Both the position numbers and the translations under genes were made by a program. Below are positions 19,021 to 29,451 of a DNA stretch of 64,000 nucleotides, in pieces (within the stretch, counting starts at the first letter, position 1; every line of letters begins with the position of its first letter). The stretch is from an uncultured Spirochaetota bacterium (GTDB lineage Bacteria; Spirochaetota; B62-G9; DRHN01), in contig CAZFTJ010000003.1 of the NCBI GenBank assembly GCA_964521865.1, forward strand, positions 183,745 through 247,744, read 5' to 3'. The notes under the pieces were generated by a model. That model ran no database searches and had not been told where the DNA came from. It worked only from the letters and a program-made list of their open reading frames with translations.

Positions 19021-19863
19021 GTGGACTGTAAATCTGTGCTGATATACGGATACGGGAACCCGGGACGTCAGGACGACGGCCTGGGCCCGGCGATGGTAGA
19101 GCAGATAGAGCGTCTCGGCTTCGGCTTTGTGGAGACGGATGCGAACTATCAGCTGAGTATTGAGGATGCCGCTGAAATGGCGGCGCACGACTTTGTCGTT
19201 CTCATAGATACGACGGTTCAGGATGTCGACTGTTTTTCAATCCGTAAGGTGCTGCCTGCTTCCGCTATCACCTTCACCAGTCATCTTGTCGACCCTGAAT
19301 CCATCGTGGCCCTGTGCGATGATGCATTCGGCAGGGTGCCCGATGTATGGATTATTGGCATCAGGGGATACGAGTTCGAGTTCACAGAGGGCTTTACCGA
19401 AAGGGCACAGAAGAACTACCGGAAGGCGTTTGTTTTTATAACTCAACTATTACGTATATATGGGGAAAGAATTATGGCGACCACGAAAAACGAGGAAAAA
19501 ACAGTATTAATTATTGATGACGATGCCGATATCAGGGCCTCGATACGGATAGTGTTGGAGGCTGCCGGTTTTTCAGTCGGAGAGGCGGGGGACGGAGAAG
19601 AGGGCTTGAAAGTCGCCCAGAAGGTCAATCCGGAGGCAGTCATTGTCGATCTGATGATGGAAACGGTCGATGCGGGCAGCAGGGTATCGGCAAAGCTGAA
19701 AGAATCTGGGTTCAAGGGACCGATCTACCTGCTCAGCGCTGCCGGGGATACGGTCCGCTACAACATCGATGCCAAGGACCTCGGCCTCGACGGTATTTTC
19801 CAGAAGCCGATCAACCACGAGGTCCTCATCAGCACGCTGAAGACGAAGCTCAATATCAAATAA
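19021..19863 (+). CDS. hoxW: Hydrogenase maturation endopeptidase HoxW continuing in frame into a CheY-like receiver (REC) domain
   Basis: Residues 1-150 carry protease motifs (GYGNPGRQDDGLG; conserved Asp in VVLIDT; His in TSHLVD). With no stop codon, the frame continues into a complete REC domain from ATG 19474 (LIIDDDADIR, VIVDLMME, LLSA, FQKP). GGGGAAAGA lies just upstream of 19474, so independent initiation of the REC part is also possible. Confidence 0.7.
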   Translation: MDCKSVLIYGYGNPGRQDDGLGPAMVEQIERLGFGFVETDANYQLSIEDAAEMAAHDFVVLIDTTVQDVDCFSIRKVLPASAITFTSHLVDPESIVALCDDAFGRVPDVWIIGIRGYEFEFTEGFTERAQKNYRKAFVFITQLLRIYGERIMATTKNEEKTVLIIDDDADIRASIRIVLEAAGFSVGEAGDGEEGLKVAQKVNPEAVIVDLMMETVDAGSRVSAKLKESGFKGPIYLLSAAGDTVRYNIDAKDLGLDGIFQKPINHEVLISTLKTKLNIK

Positions 19864-20208
19864 TCCCGCCGCTTTGGGAAACCGGGGCTTTGAAAAAACA
19901 GGCAATCGATTTGACTCTGTGTATATCGTGGGCCCGGCTCCTTTTTTCACATCGGGTATGAAGGCCGGGTTCGGGTAATCGGTACGGACGTGTGGCGAAG
20001 GTTTTTCGAGCCCCGCAGCTCTTCCCATATCCCGCATCACTATTACGAAACAAAAGCAGAACCTGAAAACTTTCAATCGCAAATTTGTTTTTTCACGTAA
20101 AATCGTATGTCGATGCAACAATAAACCCAAATCATAAATTTATTTTCTTGTATTTATTTACCAGGTGCGTACAATTATGAGTAATCACTCTTTTCAAGGA
20201 GGTGTACC

Positions 20209-21945
20209 ATGAAGTTCAAAACATTCATCGTCATTTTTATCGCACTGGCAATGATTTTTTCAGTGCAGGCCGTCTTTGCCGGCGGCAAGAAGAAAGAGGA
20301 GGCTGCTCCCGCAGCAGCTCCTGCCGAGGAAAAGGCCGCACCGGCCGAAAAGGAGAAGGCTCCTGAAAAAAAGGAGGCTCCCGTACCAGCGCAGGTACTG
20401 GTATTCGGCAGCAGCGGCGATGCAGCCCGGTTGGATCCTGGAGATGTGACGGACGGAGAGTCCATCCAGAGAATGGACAACATTTTTGAAGGCCTGGTTG
20501 AATACAAGGAAGGCTCCACAGAAATACAACCGGCCCTGGCTACTTCATGGGAAACGTCTGCAGACGGCAAAGAAATTACCTTTCACCTGAGGAAGGGAGT
20601 AAAGTTCCACGACGGGACCGATTTCAATGCAGATGCCGTTGTATTCTCCTTTGCCAGACAGTACGATCCGCACCATCCCTACCATCAGTACGGAGAATGG
20701 GCATACTGGGGATATATGTTCTATGATGTGGACAGAATGGAGAAGATCGACGATTATACGGTAAAACTGGTGCTTAAGAATGTCAATGCTTCGATAATGA
20801 CAAGCCTCGCAATGTTCACAACGGCTATTGTAAGCCCGACCAATGCCGAGAAATACAAGGGCGATGCCTTCAAGCATCCCTGCGGGACAGGCCCCTTCAA
20901 ATTCGTCGAATGGGTAAAGGATGACCACATCACCCTCGAGGCGAACGACAACTATTGGCGGAAAAGGCCCAAACTCGACAAGTTGATCTTCAAGGTTATC
21001 CCCGATCCTTCCGCCAGGCTTCTGGCGCTGGAGGTCGGCGAAGTCCAGGGCATAGAATATCCGAATCCTGCCGATTTCGAACGAATAAAATCCAATAAAA
21101 ATCTCAAACTGCTTACAGCTCCGGGAATGAATATCGGATACATGGCCATGAATGCCGGGTACGGATATAACGACGCCAATGAAAACGGCATACGCGATGC
21201 GGATGAACCGCTTGTCAAGACTCCCGGATATTATGAGCCCCTTACCAAGAAAAAGGTGAGACAGGCTATCAACTACGCTATTGATAAAAAGTCAATCGTG
21301 GATAATATCTACATGGGAACCGCAATAGTGGCAAAGAACGGAATGCCGCCGTTTATGCTTGGATACAACAATGATATCAAGGATTATCCCTACGACCCCC
21401 AAAAGGCAAAACAGCTTCTTGCGGAAGCCGGGTATCCGAACGGATTTGAAGTTACCCTGTACGTCATGCCGGTATCACGACCCTATATGTTCGACCCACC
21501 GAAGATCGGAGAAGCGATTCAGAGTTATCTTGCTGCCGTCGGCATCAAGGTGAAATTCTACCAGGTGGACTGGGGGACCTATCTGCAGGAAACTGAGGCC
21601 GGAAAGCATCAGATGTGTCTTCTCGGATGGACAGGCGACAACGGCGACCCCGATAATTTTATGAACGTCCTGTACGGCGCAAACGCCTGTTCGATAGGGA
21701 AAGCCGGCAACTACGGCTTCTATACCGACGAAAAAACCCAGGAGCTTCTTACCGCGGCGCTGCAGACCTACGATGTGAAGAAAAGGGCAGAGTACTATAA
21801 GGAAGCGCAGGTACGAATACATGAAAGTGCGAACTGGGTATATATCGCTCATTCCAATCAGAATGTGGTGTTCAGGTCGAATGTGCAGGGATATGTGCTG
21901 CATCCCACATCGAGAAAGTTCTTCTACCCTGTGTGGATAAAGTAA
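20209..21945 (+). CDS. ABC transporter substrate-binding protein, Opp/Dpp/Nik family (cluster 5)
   Basis: 578 aa; signal peptide (MKFKTFIVIFIALAMIFSVQAVFA), a 45-aa Ala/Pro/Glu/Lys-rich linker, then the large bilobed binding-protein architecture. Followed by two permeases and two ATPases. Substrate (nickel vs peptide) cannot be read from sequence alone. Confidence 0.85.
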   Translation: MKFKTFIVIFIALAMIFSVQAVFAGGKKKEEAAPAAAPAEEKAAPAEKEKAPEKKEAPVPAQVLVFGSSGDAARLDPGDVTDGESIQRMDNIFEGLVEYKEGSTEIQPALATSWETSADGKEITFHLRKGVKFHDGTDFNADAVVFSFARQYDPHHPYHQYGEWAYWGYMFYDVDRMEKIDDYTVKLVLKNVNASIMTSLAMFTTAIVSPTNAEKYKGDAFKHPCGTGPFKFVEWVKDDHITLEANDNYWRKRPKLDKLIFKVIPDPSARLLALEVGEVQGIEYPNPADFERIKSNKNLKLLTAPGMNIGYMAMNAGYGYNDANENGIRDADEPLVKTPGYYEPLTKKKVRQAINYAIDKKSIVDNIYMGTAIVAKNGMPPFMLGYNNDIKDYPYDPQKAKQLLAEAGYPNGFEVTLYVMPVSRPYMFDPPKIGEAIQSYLAAVGIKVKFYQVDWGTYLQETEAGKHQMCLLGWTGDNGDPDNFMNVLYGANACSIGKAGNYGFYTDEKTQELLTAALQTYDVKKRAEYYKEAQVRIHESANWVYIAHSNQNVVFRSNVQGYVLHPTSRKFFYPVWIK

Positions 21946-21972
21946 GATAACCGTACTGTGCATAATCTATTC

Positions 21973-22003
21973 GCCGGCAAAGGGGACGCTGTCCTTTTGC
22001 CGG
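21973..22003 (+). terminator. Imperfect stem-loop between the binding-protein and permease genes (possible intra-operon attenuator)
   Basis: GCCGGCAAAGGGGAC-gct-GTCCTTTTGCCGG, about 12 bp stem with one bulge. No T-run directly after it, but a T8 run lies at about 22055. Confidence 0.3.
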
Positions 22004-22128
22004 TGAAATTATGAATGAGAGGCCTCATCCGAAGATAAAAAATGTGTCCGGGAGGGCACTTTTTTTTATTAAAAGTATTGATGAGAGACAGCTTTAAAAA
22101 ATGGACTGAATAAGACTGGTGTCGATAC

Positions 22129-23133
22129 ATGAAATGGTATATTACAAAGCGCCTGCTCATGCTTGTGCCCGTACTGCTGGGAGTTTCAATTCTTTCATTT
22201 TCCCTGATTCAACTCGCACCTGGAGACCCTGCAATAACGATGGCGGGCGAGCACGCATCACCACAAACAATCAATGCAATAAGAGAAAAATACGGACTGG
22301 ATAAACCGATTACAACCCAGTACTGGATCTGGCTGAAAAAAGTCCTGCACGGCGATATGGGACGCTCCATCGTTTCCAACGAATACGTTATGAAAGAAAT
22401 ACTTCATAGATTTCCCAATACCGTTGAGCTTACCTTCTGTGCAATGGCGATCGCCATACTTGTCGGTTCTTTGGCCGGAATCGTCTCAGCTTCCAGGCAG
22501 TACTCTGTTCTCGATTATTCAACAATGGGAGTCGCTCTCTTCGGGGTCTCAATGCCCGTTTTCTGGCTTGGAATTATGCTCATGATGATTTTCGGCGTGT
22601 TTCTACGGTGGCTCCCCATAGGCGGTCGCATCGATTCGCTTATTCCCTTCAAACGAATCACCGGTTTCTATCTGCTTGACAGCATCATTACATGGAACGG
22701 CCCTGCTTTTATAAGTACTATCCGATATTTAATCCTGCCCTCCGTCGCTCTCGGCACCATCCCCATGGCGACGATCGCCAGAGTGACCAGGTCGAGTATG
22801 CTGGAGGTATTGAGGCAGGATTTCATACGTACCGAGCGTGCAAAAGGATTATCCGAACGTCTGGTCATCTATAAACACGCGGCGAGAAATGCATTGCTTC
22901 CCGTCATTACGGTTATCGGATTGAATTTCGGTTTGCTTCTTGCCGGTGCTATTCTCACAGAAACAGTCTTCTCCTGGCCCGGAATAGGAAGATACGTGAT
23001 AAACGCAGTACGCATGCGTGATTATCCCGCTGTGCAGGGGTGCGTACTGTTCTTTGCTTTTATGTTCGTCATCGTTAATCTGATTACGGACATACTCTAT
23101 GTATTCATCGATCCGAGAATTAAATACAGGTAG
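22129..23133 (+). CDS. ABC transporter permease (DppB/NikB-like)
   Basis: 334 aa, six hydrophobic helices, permease signature region (IARVTRSSMLEVLRQDFIRTERAKGL). Confidence 0.88.
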   Translation: MKWYITKRLLMLVPVLLGVSILSFSLIQLAPGDPAITMAGEHASPQTINAIREKYGLDKPITTQYWIWLKKVLHGDMGRSIVSNEYVMKEILHRFPNTVELTFCAMAIAILVGSLAGIVSASRQYSVLDYSTMGVALFGVSMPVFWLGIMLMMIFGVFLRWLPIGGRIDSLIPFKRITGFYLLDSIITWNGPAFISTIRYLILPSVALGTIPMATIARVTRSSMLEVLRQDFIRTERAKGLSERLVIYKHAARNALLPVITVIGLNFGLLLAGAILTETVFSWPGIGRYVINAVRMRDYPAVQGCVLFFAFMFVIVNLITDILYVFIDPRIKYR

Positions 23134-23143
23134 ACCCAACGCC

Positions 23144-24025
23144 ATGGAAAAAAAGAAAGAAACCAGAACAGCAGAAGTAATTAGACGGCTGAGATACAAC
23201 AAGTCGGCGACGTTCGGTCTGGTCATCCTCATTATTCTGATCATGTGTGCTATCTTCGCAAACGTAATTGCTCCCAATAACCCGATCCCCTCACCGCCGG
23301 ATCTAGCCAATAAGTTAAAGCCCGGGTTCTGGAGCGCACAGGGCCTGAAGGGCAAACCGCTCGGAACCGATGCCCTCGGACGGTGCGTTCTCAGCAGAAT
23401 AATCTACGGAACCAGGGTCAGCTTGAGCGCCGGTTTTGTTGCCGTCGGAATCGCCATGATCCTCGGCATTACCTTTGGAACAATTGCGGGTTATTTCGGA
23501 GGATGGGTCGATGCAACGATAATGAGACTGGTGGATATTATGTTTGCATTCCCCGCGCTGCTTCTGGCAATCGTAATTGTCACCATTATAGGCCAGGGTC
23601 TGAGCAAAGCGATGATCGCCATCGGCATTGTGTACACCCCGCAGATGGCGCGAATTATCAGAAGCTCGGTACTCTATATCAAGGAAATGGAGTACATAGA
23701 AGTGCAGACAGCGCTGGGATCGCGAAGCCTGCGGATTATTTTTCGTCATGTTCTGCCGAACAGCGTTGCTCCGGTAATCGTATACGGAACCCTGATGCTG
23801 GCGACCGCAATTCTTGACTGTGCGGCTCTGGGTTTTTTAGGCCTGGGAGCCCAGCCTCCCACACCCGAATGGGGTGCGATGCTCTCAAAAAGCTACTCCT
23901 ATATAGTGAGCGGTGCATGGTGGGCGGCAACTTTTCCCGGAATCGCCATCCTCCTTTCAGTGCTCGGACTCAACCTGCTGGGAGACGGTTTGCGGGATAT
24001 TCTTGACCCGAGATTGAAAACATAG
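23144..24025 (+). CDS. ABC transporter permease (DppC/NikC-like)
   Basis: Hydrophobic multi-pass protein with a conserved permease loop ([17 protein letters not shown]). Start placed at ATG 23144 (MEKKKE) just after the upstream stop. Confidence 0.86.
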   Translation: MEKKKETRTAEVIRRLRYNKSATFGLVILIILIMCAIFANVIAPNNPIPSPPDLANKLKPGFWSAQGLKGKPLGTDALGRCVLSRIIYGTRVSLSAGFVAVGIAMILGITFGTIAGYFGGWVDATIMRLVDIMFAFPALLLAIVIVTIIGQGLSKAMIAIGIVYTPQMARIIRSSVLYIKEMEYIEVQTALGSRSLRIIFRHVLPNSVAPVIVYGTLMLATAILDCAALGFLGLGAQPPTPEWGAMLSKSYSYIVSGAWWAATFPGIAILLSVLGLNLLGDGLRDILDPRLKT

Positions 24026-24033
24026 AACAGATC

Positions 24034-24996
24034 ATGAAAGAGCTACTGAACGTAAAAAACCTGAACACCTCCTTCTTTACACATGAGGGAACGGCAAAAG
24101 CTGTGGACAGGGTCAGTTTCACCATCAAACAGGGAGAAACGCTTGGACTTGTCGGAGAATCCGGATGCGGAAAAAGCGTTACCGCTCTCTCAATAATGAG
24201 GCTGGTTCAGCATCCTCCCGGTAAGATTCTGGGAGGAGAAATTATTTTTAAGGGGAAGAACCTCCTGGATCTGTCGGAGAAAGAAATGAGAAAGGTACGG
24301 GGAAAAAAAATTTCCATGATTTTCCAGGAGCCCATGACGTCGCTGGACCCCGTATTCACCATCGGTCATGAAATAATGGAATCCATCAGACTGCATCAGG
24401 GATTAAATAAGGCGCAGGCAAAAAAAGAGGCAATAAAAACTCTTTCAATTGTCGGGATACCGGATGCAGAAAAAAGGATAAACTGCTACCCGCATGAGCT
24501 TTCCGGCGGAATGCGGCAGAGAGCGATGATCGCAATGGCACTGGCGTGCAACCCGGCACTGCTCATTGCCGATGAACCCACAACTGCGCTTGATGTCACC
24601 ATTCAGGCGCAGATCCTGAGATTGATCAATGAAATGAAGGATAGGTTCAACGCTTCGGTACTGCTGATAACACATGATCTGGGGGTGATTGCCCAAATGT
24701 GTGATGATGTTGCAGTGATGTATGCGGGGAATATTGTTGAGTATACCGATGTGGACACGCTGTTCGGCAATCCGCTGCATCCCTACACCATGGGACTTAA
24801 TAAATCCATACCAAGGCTCGATGTAAATACGAAACGGCTCGAAACAATAAAAGGCCTGGTGCCGAATCTCCTTGCCATACCCTCAGGATGCTCGTTTCAT
24901 CCAAGGTGCAATTTCTGCTTTGAAAAATGTGTTACCGAACCTCCCGAATTAAAGAAGATCGATTCCAATCATCTTGTAAAATGCTATTTGTATTAA
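24034..24996 (+). CDS. ABC transporter ATP-binding protein (DppD/NikD-like)
   Basis: Walker A GESGCGKS, signature LSGGMRQR, Walker [14 protein letters not shown]-loop ITHD; C-terminal oligopeptide-type extension. Confidence 0.9.
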   Translation: MKELLNVKNLNTSFFTHEGTAKAVDRVSFTIKQGETLGLVGESGCGKSVTALSIMRLVQHPPGKILGGEIIFKGKNLLDLSEKEMRKVRGKKISMIFQEPMTSLDPVFTIGHEIMESIRLHQGLNKAQAKKEAIKTLSIVGIPDAEKRINCYPHELSGGMRQRAMIAMALACNPALLIADEPTTALDVTIQAQILRLINEMKDRFNASVLLITHDLGVIAQMCDDVAVMYAGNIVEYTDVDTLFGNPLHPYTMGLNKSIPRLDVNTKRLETIKGLVPNLLAIPSGCSFHPRCNFCFEKCVTEPPELKKIDSNHLVKCYLY

Positions 24997-25009
24997 GGGG
25001 ACCGTCGGA

Positions 25010-25972
25010 TTGGAAAAATTGATTGAAGTAAAAAATCTGAAAAAATGGTTTTGGACGGGGAAAAAAGGACCGATGGGAAAAGAGGCTGTGAGGGCCGTCG
25101 ATGACGTCAGCTTCTCTATAGAAAGACGGGAAGTTCTCGGGCTCGTCGGCGAATCGGGCTGCGGGAAGACAACGTGCGGGAAAGTAATCCTGAAAATATT
25201 GGAACCGACCGACGGCAGCATTTTTTTTAACGGAAGAGAAATAACTCATTTGAAAAAAAGGGAGATGATGCCGATCAGGCGCAGGATGATGGTCATTTAT
25301 CAAGACCCCTTTGGCTCTCTCGATCCGAGAATGACGATCAAATCGACAATAGCCGAGCCAATGGCAGTACATAATTGTGTGCCGAAAAAAAAGCGGGAAG
25401 AAAAGGTAATAGAAATTATGGAAAAGGTCGGGCTCACACCCGATCAGAGGTTTCGATATCCCCATGAGTTCAGCGGGGGCCAGAGACAGCGAATCGGAAT
25501 TGCACGGGCTCTGGCAATAAACCCGGATTTTATTGTTGCAGATGAATCGGTCTCGGCCCTGGACGTTTCTATTCAGGCTCAGATCATAAATTTATTGCAC
25601 GATCTGCAGGAGGAATTCGGGATAACCCTTCTCTTTATAGCACACGATTTGAGTGTCATAAAACACATAAGCGACCGCATTGCTGTTATGTACCTGGGCA
25701 CGATCGTTGAAAAGGCTTCCAAAAAAGTCATCTTTGACGACCCGAAACACCCGTATACCAGAGCGCTCCTTTCGGCAATACCCGTCCCCAACCCGAGGCT
25801 CAAAAAAAAGGGTGAAATTTTAACGGGCGATGTTCCAAGCCCGGTCAACCCCCCTTCGGGATGCAGGTTTCATCCGAGATGCCCGTACAAGATGGATATA
25901 TGCGACAAAAAAGTACCGGAGTTGAAGGAAATAACTCCGAATCAGTTTGTGGCGTGTTTCCTGTATGCCTGA
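25010..25972 (+). CDS. ABC transporter ATP-binding protein (DppF/NikE-like)
   Basis: Walker [10 protein letters not shown], signature FSGGQRQR, Walker [13 protein letters not shown]-loop IAHD. Confidence 0.9.
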   Translation: MEKLIEVKNLKKWFWTGKKGPMGKEAVRAVDDVSFSIERREVLGLVGESGCGKTTCGKVILKILEPTDGSIFFNGREITHLKKREMMPIRRRMMVIYQDPFGSLDPRMTIKSTIAEPMAVHNCVPKKKREEKVIEIMEKVGLTPDQRFRYPHEFSGGQRQRIGIARALAINPDFIVADESVSALDVSIQAQIINLLHDLQEEFGITLLFIAHDLSVIKHISDRIAVMYLGTIVEKASKKVIFDDPKHPYTRALLSAIPVPNPRLKKKGEILTGDVPSPVNPPSGCRFHPRCPYKMDICDKKVPELKEITPNQFVACFLYA

Positions 25973-25993
25973 ACCAGGACCGGTAGCCCGCAT

Positions 25994-26548
25994 TTAAGGT
26001 TTGACAAGCATTGGGACGGCTAATTCCTCGGCCTTGTCTTTCCCGAAAAGAAGCTCCACCAGCGTGAGCGCGAATTCGATCGCCGTTCCCGGCCCGCGGC
26101 TCGTCACACAGTTTCCGTCGATAACGACCCGCGAATCGACCTCCTCCCTGTTCTCAAGGACATTACTGAAATCCGGATGACCCGTTGCCCTGCGTCCCTT
26201 CAAAAGCCCGTGGTGCCGGAGCACGACCACCGGAGCCGCGCAAATCGCCGCGAACAGCCTGCCCTCGTCCGCCTGGCGCTTCAATAGAATTAAAAGCTCT
26301 TTTGAATCTCTCAGATGCTCTGCTCCGGGCATCCCGCCCGGGAGGGCGATGCAGTCGTAGATTTCGCCCGTGCAGTCCGTTATACGAGCATCGGCAAAAA
26401 TCTTTACACCGCGCGATGCCGTGATCAGGAGGTCGCCCACCGATGCAACGGTGACCTCAGCCCCCGCCCTGCGAAGCACATCGATAATGCATACGGCCTC
26501 TATTTCCTCGCTGCCGTCTGCGATCGGCACGAGAATCTTTTTAGACAT
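25994..26548 (-). CDS. DJ-1/PfpI (ThiJ) family protein
   Basis: 184 aa; class-I glutamine-amidotransferase-like fold with the nucleophile-elbow cysteine in AAICAAP. Confidence 0.8.
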   Translation of the reverse strand: MSKKILVPIADGSEEIEAVCIIDVLRRAGAEVTVASVGDLLITASRGVKIFADARITDCTGEIYDCIALPGGMPGAEHLRDSKELLILLKRQADEGRLFAAICAAPVVVLRHHGLLKGRRATGHPDFSNVLENREEVDSRVVIDGNCVTSRGPGTAIEFALTLVELLFGKDKAEELAVPMLVKP

Positions 26549-26789
26549 CTGTTTCTCCTCCGACGATTATATTTTCAGGTAACGCGTTATTTTCTATGCA
26601 ATTACATTTTAAGCCTTTCGTGATGGAGTATCTTTCAGTACAAAGACAGTACGGCACAAACCTCCAGTGTGTGAGCACCCGTGCGGCACAGTTGCAATCA
26701 AAGAGGAACGAACGTACGGATTCGGCGACTCCGAGCTCTACAAAGCATGTGTCCACACCCCGAGACTCCGCAATGACGGACCGCATATA

Positions 26790-27851
26790 TTAACCCAATA
26801 CCGTCTCCTCAATTTCTTTCAGCTGGTCGCTGTACAGCAGGGCGATGTTGGCCCCGTAATCCGCGACGAGGCGGAGTATATTCCTCGGGCTTCCAGGTTC
26901 ATCATACCCGTTTATCCTGTCGCCTGCATCGCCGAGACCGGGTAAAATGTATGCGAGTCTGTTCAGCACAGGGTCCATCCAGATTGTATATACATGAACG
27001 TTCTCGACAGCCCGGATTATACGAAGCGCACCCTTCAACACCGAAATGACGTTGAAAAAATTGATCGAGCGCGGCTTTATACCCTGATCGAGAAGGTACT
27101 TGACGATAGTCACCAGGCTTCCACCCGTCGCATTCATGGGATCGGCGAAAAAAAGGTCTTTTCCGTCGAGCGCTGCAGTATCGAAGTACGATCGCTCCAG
27201 GTTGAGAATATACTCCATATTATGCTCCTCCTTCGAGTCGTCTCGCGCTATCTTGAAGAGTGCGAAGGGTGTAAGGTAGTTATGGGACGAATATTCCTGA
27301 ATTTCTTTCGACATGATCATCGAAGGAAGAAGCGCTCCCCTGAGCATAACGCACATTACACTCTGTTCAACACGGCTATCGATATCCGGAATTTTATGGA
27401 CCGCATAGTTTGCAACCGGCACTTCGACGGGAGTCTTCACCACGATATAGTTTTTTTTCTTGTGCTTCACGTTCCCGAATGCAAAGTTGAACAAGAGCTC
27501 GTATGCGCGTTGAATATAGTAGATGAATTCGGGGCGTTCGGTTTTCTCATCGCGAAGCTTTGCAATAAGGCGCGAAGCCTCACCGTGTATGGATTCATGC
27601 GTCTCAAATGAGTACACGTGTATACGATCCTCTCTGCTGATTATCTCCTGCATCATATCTCCCATTCTGTTATACAGATCGATGAGCTCGGTGATCGACT
27701 TCTCTCTCCTCTGCAGCACCCGCACGTTGGAGAGAACCTGAAAAACGGAGATCGCCTGCTCATACATCCCGTTGACCTGTTCTATATTTCCCCTGTCCTG
27801 CTCGGTGAGGTATCCGTCCAGATCTTTTGCTTTGAGAATCACATGGTCCAT
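26790..27851 (-). CDS. Uracil phosphoribosyltransferase-like protein with an N-terminal extension of about 100 aa
   Basis: C-terminal two-thirds is colinear with UPRT (PRPP-binding loop FFADPMNATGGSL; uracil-binding ILPGLGDAGDR). The N-terminal 100 aa has no recognisable domain. Confidence 0.65.
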   Translation of the reverse strand: MDHVILKAKDLDGYLTEQDRGNIEQVNGMYEQAISVFQVLSNVRVLQRREKSITELIDLYNRMGDMMQEIISREDRIHVYSFETHESIHGEASRLIAKLRDEKTERPEFIYYIQRAYELLFNFAFGNVKHKKKNYIVVKTPVEVPVANYAVHKIPDIDSRVEQSVMCVMLRGALLPSMIMSKEIQEYSSHNYLTPFALFKIARDDSKEEHNMEYILNLERSYFDTAALDGKDLFFADPMNATGGSLVTIVKYLLDQGIKPRSINFFNVISVLKGALRIIRAVENVHVYTIWMDPVLNRLAYILPGLGDAGDRINGYDEPGSPRNILRLVADYGANIALLYSDQLKEIEETVLG

Positions 27852-28066
27852 GTTTTTCTCCTCGTGTTTTCCAGATTGTACAGGAGAAACGAAGCACGGT
27901 CAATACGAAAGTACACATCCGCGGAAGACGGTATTGCATGCACATACGGAACACCGGATTTCAATAAAACAATGTCAATTGTACTTGCATAATTCATATA
28001 TTTGGTATACGGTGATACATCATAAGAGGTTGTACATTTAATTAATCCATGAGAGGAGGCTGGTAC

Positions 28067-29263
28067 ATGAATATCAAACAAAAGTCACTGATGTGCGCTG
28101 TTGTTGCAGTGCTCTTTGTCGCTGGTCTGTTTGCGGCGCCTGGAACGGCCCAGGCGAAGCTTAAAGGCAGTGTTGCCGTTGTGCTCGATGTCGGCGGACG
28201 CGGGGATTTGTCCTTTAACGACATGGGGTTCAAAGGCACAGACAAGGCGGCTGAGGATTTCGGCTTGAAGATGGTGGAGATTCAGAGCGCCTCGGCAGCC
28301 GATTATCTTCCCAATGTTCGAAATGCGGCCAGGTCGGGCAGATTCGATCTTGTCATTGCGGTCGGGTTTCTGCTGACCGACGCGGTCTCAACGGTTGCGA
28401 AGGAGTTTCCAGATCAGAAGTTTATGATAATCGATTCGGTGGTCGATTCACCGAATGTAATGTCCATCGTCTTCAAGGAAAACGAAGGCTCCGCCCTCGT
28501 CGGAGCGCTCGCAGCAATGACCGCGGCCCATTACGGCTACCCCTATGTCGGGTGTGTGCTCGGTATTGAAATTCCGGTACTGTACCATTTCGAAGCCGGT
28601 TTCAGGTACGGCATCGACTGGGGTAACAAGAGGTACGCACAGGTCAAGGGAAAAAATCCGAATATAGGGCTTCTGTACACCTATACGGGCACTTTTGACG
28701 ATATCGCAAAGGGAAAAGAGGCATCCAAGGCGATGCTCGCCCAGGGAGCCGGACTTATTTACAATGTAGCCGGACCGCTTGGCATAGGCGACCTGCAGGC
28801 CGTTACCGAAGCGATAGAGGCGAAGGGAAAAGAGGCGGGCCCGCCTTTTATGATCGGTGTGGATGCGAATCAGGACTGGATGGGAGACGGCCACCGGGTT
28901 CTTGCCAGCATGCTGAAGCGGGTCGACAACGGCTGCTACAGTGCTGTCAAGGCAGTTGTCGACGGCACTTTCAAAGGAGGGCTCGTTGTCATGGGCCTCG
29001 ATTCAAAAGGTGTTGCCATGAGCAAGTATGAAGACCTCGACACATTCATGGAGTTCGGTATTGAGTCGAAAAAGATCACCGAACAGGACAAGGGAAGAAT
29101 AACTTCCAACTGGAAGCGTATGCGAAACGATCTTCCGGAATTCATCTGGCGGGCGGTTGACGATCTGGAAAAGCAGATTATTTCCGGGCAGGTCAGCGTT
29201 CCGACGGCGAACACGCTCGAGGAGATGAAATCCGTCAGAACGAAGTATCCGCTAAAACGATAA
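28067..29263 (+). CDS. BMP-family (PnrA-like) nucleoside-binding ABC transporter lipoprotein or periplasmic binding protein
   Basis: Signal peptide, then a Bmp-type core (GSVAVVLDVGGRGDLSFNDMGFKG, DLVIAVGF, KFMIIDS). Start at ATG 28067 preceded by GGAGG. Confidence 0.8.
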   Translation: MNIKQKSLMCAVVAVLFVAGLFAAPGTAQAKLKGSVAVVLDVGGRGDLSFNDMGFKGTDKAAEDFGLKMVEIQSASAADYLPNVRNAARSGRFDLVIAVGFLLTDAVSTVAKEFPDQKFMIIDSVVDSPNVMSIVFKENEGSALVGALAAMTAAHYGYPYVGCVLGIEIPVLYHFEAGFRYGIDWGNKRYAQVKGKNPNIGLLYTYTGTFDDIAKGKEASKAMLAQGAGLIYNVAGPLGIGDLQAVTEAIEAKGKEAGPPFMIGVDANQDWMGDGHRVLASMLKRVDNGCYSAVKAVVDGTFKGGLVVMGLDSKGVAMSKYEDLDTFMEFGIESKKITEQDKGRITSNWKRMRNDLPEFIWRAVDDLEKQIISGQVSVPTANTLEEMKSVRTKYPLKR

Positions 29264-29277
29264 ACTCCGGAAACTAC

Positions 29278-29308
29278 GGGGGCAGCAATGCTGCCCCCTT
29301 TCCCTGTT
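29278..29308 (+). terminator. Rho-independent terminator/attenuator between the binding-protein gene and the permease genes
   Basis: Perfect 9-bp stem GGGGGCAGC-aat-GCTGCCCCC followed by TTTCCCTGTT, 15 nt after the stop codon. Confidence 0.55.
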
Positions 29309-29451
29309 CACCAAAACGTCCTGTGTAGAATCGGCCTCCCCACACCTCAAAGGAATAAATTGGACGTGAAAATCCTGCACCTCATCATGCAGGATACACA
29401 GCGCATAGAAGTATGAGGGGAAAATATAGGGCAAAGGACAAATAACCTCGA

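Noticed and set aside
19440-19480. Possibility that the HoxW-receiver fusion is two genes separated by an unseen stop codon
   Set aside because: The frame is continuous in the sequence as given, so it was called as one ORF. A sequencing error or independent initiation at ATG 19474 cannot be excluded from sequence alone.
19573-20130. 185-aa minus-strand ORF spanning the receiver-domain region and downstream spacer
   Set aside because: It is antisense to a receiver domain with all conserved residues, and there is no start context.
20105-20136. Possible E. coli-type NikR box upstream of the ABC binding-protein gene (GTATG...TCATA)
   Set aside because: The half-sites are imperfect and separated by 22 nt rather than 16, so this is not convincing. 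The adjacent 10-bp palindrome ATAAATTTAT is AT-rich and could be chance.
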